Assembly (NCBI GenBank): GCA_964016885.1
Contig: OZ024741.1
Location: forward strand, 403,062,001 to 403,126,000
Length of the DNA: 64,000 nt
Source of the DNA: Eledone cirrhosa
Lineage: Eukaryota
Direction of reading: 5' to 3'
In this document: piece by piece, positions 56,310-64,000 of the stretch
Layout: each line of letters starts with the position of its first letter
Position numbering within the stretch: the first letter of the stretch is position 1
Made by a program: the position numbers and the translations under genes
Notes under the pieces: generated by a model
What the model was told of the DNA's origin: nothing
The model's input: only the letters and a program-made list of their open reading frames with translations
Database searches by the model: none

Positions 56310-59300
56310 TAGGTTACTGCCAGACATCACTTCAAATACAGTCTCTGTATATTCTCAGTTACTGCCAGACATCACTTCCACTACAGTCTCTCTATATTCT
56401 CAGTTACTGCCAGAGTTAACTTCCACAAAAGTGTCTCTATATTCTCAGTTACTGCCAGACATCACTTCCACCACAGTCTCTCTATATTCTCAGTTACTGC
56501 CAGAGTTAACTTCCACTACAGAGTCTCTATATTCCCAGTTACTGCCAGACATAACTTCCACTACAGTCTCTCTATATTCTCAGTTACTGCCAGAGTTAAC
56601 TTCCTCTACAGTCTCTCTATATTCTCAGTTACTGCCAGACATCACTTCCACTACAGTCTCTCTATATTCTCAGTTACTGCCAGACATAACTACCACTACA
56701 GTCTCTCTATATTCCCAGTTACTGCCAGACATAACTTCCACTACAGTCTCTCTATATTCTCAGCTACTGCCAGAGTTAACTTCCACTACAGTCTCTCTAT
56801 ATTCCCAGTTACTGCCAGACATAACTTCCACTACAGTCTCTCTATATTCTCAGTTACTGGCAGACATCACTTCCACTACAGTCTCTCTATATTCTAAGTT
56901 ACTGGCAGACATCACTTCCACTACAGTCTCTCTATATTCTCAGTTACTACCAGACATCACTTCCACTACAGTCTCTCTATATTCTCAGTTACTGCCAGAC
57001 ATAACTTCCACTACGGTCTCTCTATATTCTCAGTAACTGCCAGAGTTAACTTCCACTACAGTGTCTCTACATTCTCAGTTACTGCCAGACATAACTTCCA
57101 CTACAGTCTCTCTATATTCTCAGTTTCTGCCAGACATCACTTCCACTACAGTCTCTCTATATTCTCAGTTACTGCCAGACATAACTTCCACTACAGTCTC
57201 TCTATATTCTCAGTTACTGCCAGAGTTAACTTCCACTACAATCTCTCTATATTCCCAGTTACTGCCAGACATCACTTCCACTACAGTCTCGCTATATTCT
57301 CTCAGTTACTGACAGACATCACTTCTACTACAGTCTCTCTATATTCTCAGTTACTGCCAGACATAACTTCCACTACAGTCTCTCTATATTCTCAGTTACT
57401 GCCAGAGTTAACTTCCACAACAGTGTCTCTATATTCTCAGTTACTGCCAGACATAACTTCCACTACAGTCTCTCTATATTCTCAGTTACTGCCAGACATA
57501 ACTTCCACTACAGTCTCTCTATATTCTCAGTTACTGCCAGACATAACTTCCACTACAGTCTCTCTATATTCTCAGTTACTGGCAGACATCACTTCCACTA
57601 CAGTCTCTCTATATTCTCAGTTACTGTCAGACATCACTTCCACTACAGTCTCTCTATATTCTCAGTTACTACCAGACACCACTTCCACTACAGTCTCTCT
57701 ATATTCTCTCAGTTACTGCCAGACATCACTTCCACTACAGTCTCTTTATATTCTCAGTTACTGCCAGACATAACTTCCACTACAGTCTCTCTATATTCTC
57801 AGTAACTGCCAGAGTTAACTTCCACTACAGTGTCTCTATATTCTCAGTTACTGCCAGACATAACTTCCACTACAGTCTCTCTATATTCTCAGTTACTGCC
57901 AGACATCACTTCCACTACAGTCTCTCTATATTCTCAGTTACTGCCAGACATAATTTCCACTACAGTCGCTCTATATTCTCAGTTACTGCCAGAGTTAACT
58001 TCCACTACAGTCTCTCTATATTCTCAGTTACTGGCAGAGTTAACTTCCAATACAGTCTCTCTATATTCTCAGTTACTGCCAGACATAACTTCCACTACAG
58101 TCTCTATATATTCTCAGTTATTGCCAGACATAACTTCCACTACAGTCTCTCTATATTCTCAGTTACTGCCAGACATAACTTCCACTACAGTCTCTCTATA
58201 TTCTCAGTTACTGCCAGAGTTAACTTCCACTACAGTCTCTCTATATTCCCAGTTACTGCCAGACATAACTTCCACTACAGTCTCTCTATATTCTCAGCTA
58301 CTGCCAGAGTTAACTTCCACTACAGTCTCTCTATATTCCCAGTTACTGCCAGACATCACTTCCACTACAGTCTCTCTATATTCTCAGTTACTGGCAGACA
58401 TCACTTCCACTACAGTCTCTCTATATTCTCAGTTACTGGCAGACATCACTTCCACTACAGTCTCTCTATATTCTCAGTTACTACCAGACACCACTTCCAC
58501 TACAGTCTCTCTATATTCTCTCAGTTACTGACAGACATCACTTCCACTACAGTCTCTTTATATTCTCAGTTACTGCCAGACAAAACTTCCACTACAGTCT
58601 CTCTATATTCTCAGTAACTGCCAGAGTTAACTTCCACTACAGTGTCTCTATATTCTCAGTTACTGCCAGACATAATTTCCACTACAGTCTCTCTATATTC
58701 TCAGTTACTGCCAGAGTTAACTTCCACTACAGTCTCTCTATATTCTCAGTTACTGCCAGACATCACTTCAAATACAGTCTCTGTATATTCTCAGTTACTG
58801 CCAGACATCACTTCCACTACAGTCTCTCTATATTCTCAGTTACTGCCAGAGTTAACTTCCACAAAAGTGTCTCTATATTCTCAGTTACTGCCAGACATCA
58901 CTTCCACCACAGTCTCTCTATATTCTCAGTTACTGCCAGAGTTAACTTCCACTACAGAGTCTCTATATTCCCAGTTACTGCCAGACATAACTTCCACTAC
59001 AGTCTCTCTATATTCTCAGTTACTGCCAGAGTTAACTTCCTCTACAGTCTCTCTATATTCTCAGTTACTGCCAGACATCACTTCCACTACAGTCTCTCTA
59101 TATTCTCAGTTACTGCCAGACATAACTACCACTACAGTCTCTCTATATTCCCAGTTACTGCCAGACATAACTTCCACTACAGTCTCTCTATATTCTCAGC
59201 TACTGCCAGAGTTAACTTCCACTACAGTCTCTCTATATTCCCAGTTACTGCCAGACATAACTTCCACTACAGTCTCTCTATATTCTCAGTTACTGGCAGA

Positions 59301-61130
59301 CATCACTTCCACTACAGTCTCTCTATATTCTAAGTTACTGGCAGACATCACTTCCACTACAGTCTCTCTATATTCTCAGTTACTACCAGACATCACTTCC
59401 ACTACAGTCTCTCTATATTCTCAGTTACTGCCAGACATAACTTCCACTACGGTCTCTCTATATTCTCAGTAACTGCCAGAGTTAACTTCCACTACAGTGT
59501 CTCTACATTCTCAGTTACTGCCAGACATAACTTCCACTACAGTCTCTCTATATTCTCAGTTTCTGCCAGACATCACTTCCACTACAGTCTCTCTATATTC
59601 TCAGTTACTGCCAGACATAACTTCCACTACAGTCTCTCTATATTCTCAGTTACTGCCAGAGTTAACTTCCACTACAATCTCTCTATATTCCCAGTTACTG
59701 CCAGACATCACTTCCACTACAGTCTCGCTATATTCTCTCAGTTACTGACAGACATCACTTCCACTACAGTCTCTCTATATTCTCAGTTACTGCCAGACAT
59801 AACTTCCACTACAGTCTCTCTATATTCTCAGTTACTGCCAGAGTTAACTTCCACAACAGTGTCTCTATATTCTCAGTTACTGCCAGACATAACTTCCACT
59901 ACAGTCTCTCTATATTCTCAGTTACTGCCAGACATAACTTCCACTACAGTCTCTCTATATTCTCAGTTACTGCCAGACATAACTTCCACTACAGTCTCTC
60001 TATATTCTCAGTTACTGGCAGACATCACTTCCACTACAGTCTCTCTATATTCTCAGTTACTGTCAGACATCACTTCCACTACAGTCTCTCTATATTCTCA
60101 GTTACTACCAGACACCACTTCCACTACAGTCTCTCTATATTCTCTCAGTTACTGCCAGACATCACTTCCACTACAGTCTCTTTATATTCTCAGTTACTGC
60201 CAGACATAACTTCCACTACAGTCTCTCTATATTCTCAGTAACTGCCAGAGTTAACTTCCACTACAGTGTCTCTATATTCTCAGTTACTGCCAGACATAAC
60301 TTCCACTACAGTCTCTCTATATTCTCAGTTACTGCCAGACATCACTTCCACTACAGTCTCTCTATATTCTCAGTTACTGCCAGACATAATTTCCACTACA
60401 GTCGCTCTATATTCTCAGTTACTGCCAGAGTTAACTTCCACTACAGTCTCTCTATATTCTCAGTTACTGGCAGAGTTAACTTCCAATACAGTCTCTCTAT
60501 ATTCTCAGTTACTGCCAGACATAACTTCCACTACAGTCTCTATATATTCTCAGTTATTGCCAGACATAACTTCCACTACAGTCTCTCTATATTCTCAGTT
60601 ACTGCCAGACATAACTTCCACTACAGTCTCTCTATATTCTCAGTTACTGCCAGAGTTAACTTCCACTACAGTCTCTCTATATTCCCAGTTACTGCCAGAC
60701 ATAACTTCCACTACAGTCTCTCTATATTCTCAGCTACTGCCAGAGTTAACTTCCACTACAGTCTCTCTATATTCCCAGTTACTGCCAGACATCACTTCCA
60801 CTACAGTCTCTCTATATTCTCAGTTACTGGCAGACATCACTTCCACTACAGTCTCTCTATATTCTCAGTTACTGGCAGACATCACTTCCACTACAGTCTC
60901 TCTATATTCTCAGTTACTACCAGACACCACTTCCACTACAGTCTCTCTATATTCTCTCAGTTACTGACAGACATCACTTCCACTACAGTCTCTTTATATT
61001 CTCAGTTACTGCCAGACATAACTTCCACTACAGTCTCTCTATATTCTCAGTAACTGCCAGAGTTAACTTCCACTACAGTGTCTCTATATTCTCAGTTACT
61101 GCCAGACATAATTTCCACTACAGTCTCTCT
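56310..61130. repeat. Tandem duplication with a 2,436-bp period (54 monomers + 6)
   Basis: ORF starts 57061/59497, 57423/59859, 57830/60266 and 58642/61078 are all at +2436. Shared TTCAAATAC, ACAGAGTCT, GTCGCT and TTATTGCC variants. Confidence 0.92.
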
Positions 61131-61939
61131 ATATTCTCAGTTACTGCCAGACATAACTTCCACTACAGTCTCTCTATATTCTCAGTTACTGCCAGACATA
61201 ACTTCCACTACAGTCTCTCTATATTCTCAGTTACTGCCAGATTTAACTTCCACTACAGTCTCTCTATATTCTCAGTTACTGCCAGAGTTAACTTCCACTA
61301 CAATCTCTCTATATTCCCAGTTACTGCCAGACATCACTTCCACTACAGTCTCTCTATATTCTCTCAGTTACTGACAGACATCACTTCCACTACAGTCTCT
61401 CTATATTCTCAGTTACTGCCAGACATAACTTCCACTACAGTCTCTCTATATTCTCAGTTACTGCCAGAGTTAACTTCCACAACAGTGTCTCTATATTCTC
61501 AGTTACTGCCAGGCATAACTTCCACTACAGTCTCTCTATATTCTCAGTTACTGCCAGACATAACTTCCACTACAGTCTCTCTATATTCTCAGTTACTGCC
61601 AGACATATCTTCCACTACAGTCTCTCTATATTCTCAGTTACTGCCAGACATATCTTCCACTACAGTCTTTTTATATTCTCAGTTACTGCCAGACATAACT
61701 TCCACTACAGTCTCTCTATATTCTCAGTTACTGCCAGACATAACTTCCACTACAGTCTCTCTATATTCCCAGTTACTGGCAGACATCACTTCCACTACAG
61801 TCTCTCTATATTCTCAGTTACTGCTAGAGTTAACTTCCACTACATTCTCTCTATATTCTCAGTTACTGCCAGACATAACTTCCACTACTGTCTCTCTATA
61901 TTCTCAGTTACTGCCAGACATAACTTCCACTACAGTCTC

Positions 61940-63600
61940 TCTATATTCTCAGTTACTGGCAGACATAACTTCCACTACAGTCTCTCTATATTCTCAGTTA
62001 CTGCCAGAGTTATCTTCCTCTACAGTCTCTCTATATTCTCAGTTACTGACAGACATCACTTCCACTACAGTCTCTCTATATTCTCTCAGTTACTGACAGA
62101 CATCACTTCCACTACAGTCTCTCTATATTCTCAGTTACTGTCAGACATAACTTCCACTACAGTCTCTCTATATTCTCAGTTACTGCCAGACATAACTTCC
62201 ACTACAGTCTCTCTATATTCTCAGTTACTGCCAGACACAACTTCCACTACAGTCTCTTTATATTCTCAGTTACTGCCAGACGTAACTTCCACTACAATCT
62301 CTCTATATTCTCAGTTACTGCCAGAGTTAACTTCCACTACAGTCTCTCTATATTCTCAGTTACTGCCAGACATAACTTCCACTACAGTCTCTGTATATTC
62401 TCAGTTACTGCCAGACATAACTTCCACTACAGTCTCTCTATATTCTCAGTTACTGCCAGATATAACTTCCACTACAGTCTCTCTATATTCTCAGTTACTG
62501 CCAGACATAACTTCCACTTCAGTCTCTCTATATTCTCAGTTACTGCCAGACATAACTTCCACTACAGTCTCTCTATATTCTCAGTTACTGCCAGACACAA
62601 CTTCCACTACAGTCTCTTTATATTCTCAGTTACTGCCAGAGTTAACTTCCACTACAGTCTCTTTATATTCTCAGTTACTGCGAGAAACAACTTCCACTAC
62701 AGTCTCTTTATATTCTCAGTTACTGCCAGACATCACTTCCACTACAGTCTCTCTATATTCTCAGTTACTGCCAGAGTTAACTTCCACTACAGTCTCTCTA
62801 TATTCTCAGTTACTGCCAGACGTAACTTCCACTACAATCTCTCTATATTCTCAGTTACTGCCAGAGTTAACTTCCACTACAGTCTCTCTATATTCTCAGT
62901 TACTGCCAGACATAACTTCCACTACAGTCTCTGTATATTCTCAGTTACTGCCAGACATAACTTCCACTACAGTCTCTCTATATTCTCAGTTACTGGCAGA
63001 CATAACTTCCACTACAGTCTCTCTATATTCTCAGTTACTGCCAGAGTTATCTTCCTCTACAGTCTCTCTATATTCTCAGTTACTGACAGACATCACTTCC
63101 ACTACAGTCTCTCTATATTCTCTCAGTTACTGACAGACATCACTTCCACTACAGTCTCTCTATATTCTCAGTTACTGTCAGACATAACTTCCACTACAGT
63201 CTCTCTATATTCTCAGTTACTGCCAGACATAACTTCCACTACAGTCTCTCTATATTCTCAGTTACTGCCAGACACAACTTCCACTACAGTCTCTTTATAT
63301 TCTCAGTTACTGCCAGACGTAACTTCCACTACAATCTCTCTATATTCTCAGTTACTGCCAGAGTTAACTTCCACTACAGTCTCTCTATATTCTCAGTTAC
63401 TGCCAGACATAACTTCCACTACAGTCTCTGTATATTCTCAGTTACTGCCAGACATAACTTCCACTACAGTCTCTCTATATTCTCAGTTACTGCCAGACAT
63501 AACTTCCACTACAGTCTCTCTATATTCTCAGTTACTGCCAGACATAACTTCCACTTCAGTCTCTCTATATTCTCAGTTACTGCCAGACATAACTTCCACT
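61940..63600. repeat. Duplication at offset 1,037 bp (23 monomers + 2), with a nested 540-bp repeat
   Basis: TATCTTCCTC at 62011/63048; 47-bp monomer at ~62085/63120; GACGTAAC at ~62279, ~62819 (+540) and ~63316 (+1037). Confidence 0.8.
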
Positions 63601-64000
63601 ACAGTCTCTCTATATTCTCAGTTACTGTCAGACATCACTTCCACTACAGTCTCTCTATATTCTCAGTTACTACCAGACACCACTTCCACTACAGTCTCTC
63701 TATATTCTCTCAGTTACTGCCAGACATCACTTCCACTACAGTCTCTTTATATTCTCAGTTACTGCCAGACATAACTTCCACTACAGTCTCTCTATATTCT
63801 CAGTAACTGCCAGAGTTAACTTCCACTACAGTGTCTCTATATTCTCAGTTACTGCCAGACATAACTTCCACTACAGTCTCTCTATATTCTCAGTTACTGC
63901 CAGACATCACTTCCACTACAGTCTCTCTATATTCTCAGTTATTGCCAGACATAACTTCCACTACAGTCTCTCTATATTCTCAGTTACTGCCAGACATAAC

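Larger units (their letters stand above)
1..64000. repeat. 45-bp tandem satellite array, about 1,420 head-to-tail monomers, extending beyond both window ends
   Basis: Seen directly: CTACAGTCTCTCTATATTCTCAGTTACTGCCAGACATAACTTCCA recurs every 45 bp from base 1 to base 64000 in one orientation, usually with 0-4 substitutions per copy. Register check: 1420x45 + 60 (31 two-base insertions minus one two-base deletion) + 40 = 64000. Confidence 0.99.

Noticed and set aside
168-62096. Long Ser/Thr/Leu-rich ORFs (up to 1,098 aa) resembling a mucin-like or repeat surface protein
   Set aside because: They are translations of the 45-bp unit. Most starts are GTG/TTG point variants, there is no unique N- or C-terminal domain or signal peptide, stops and frameshifts are freely propagated by duplication, and the commonest variants are non-synonymous (DI/EL, P/A, D/Y).
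1-64000. CRISPR-like or cassette array (constant part plus variable part)
   Set aside because: The variable segment has only a few alleles differing by 1-3 bases. There are no unique spacers, leader, cas, integrase or reverse transcriptase genes.
1-64000. Synthetic sequence, rolling-circle concatemer or collapsed assembly artefact
   Set aside because: Variants are hierarchically shared, regionally restricted and nested in duplications, unlike random read error on one template. Individual duplications still need read validation.
1-64000. Assignment to a known satellite family, telomeric repeat, tRNA/5S-derived repeat or CENP-B box
   Set aside because: No TTAGGG-type motif, no recognisable pol III A/B boxes, and the CENP-B box needs CpGs that the consensus lacks. 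I do not recognise the monomer and cannot run a search.
1-64000. A single regular higher-order repeat across the window
   Set aside because: Observed offsets (12, 13, 23, 25, 34, 38, 54, 86, 88, 127 monomers) are heterogeneous and each is repeated only two or three times.

Overview
The whole 64 kb window is one uninterrupted, single-orientation tandem satellite array, and both ends are truncated by the window. The monomer is 45 bp, consensus CTACAGTCTCTCTATATTCTCAGTTACTGCCAGACATAACTTCCA (40% GC, only 4 G, no CpG). I count about 1,420 monomers. By eye there are 31 monomers of 47 bp and one of 43 bp; the net +60 bp accounts exactly for the register at the window end. I see no unique sequence, transposon, RNA gene, CRISPR spacer or credible gene. 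The long 'TTVSLYSQLLPDITS' ORFs arise because 45 is divisible by 3 and two + strand frames of the consensus lack stops. The real structure lies in the variants: two main monomer classes (GACATAAC/GACATCAC versus GAGTTAAC), multi-monomer marker cassettes inherited as blocks, and nested near-identical duplications of 12 to 127 monomers, both adjacent and dispersed, from which part of the array's history can be ordered. It looks like eukaryotic (peri)centromeric, subtelomeric or heterochromatic satellite DNA, but I cannot name the family or organism. I find no support for a new gene-encoded system. Block boundaries were aligned by eye and are approximate to 1-2 monomers.
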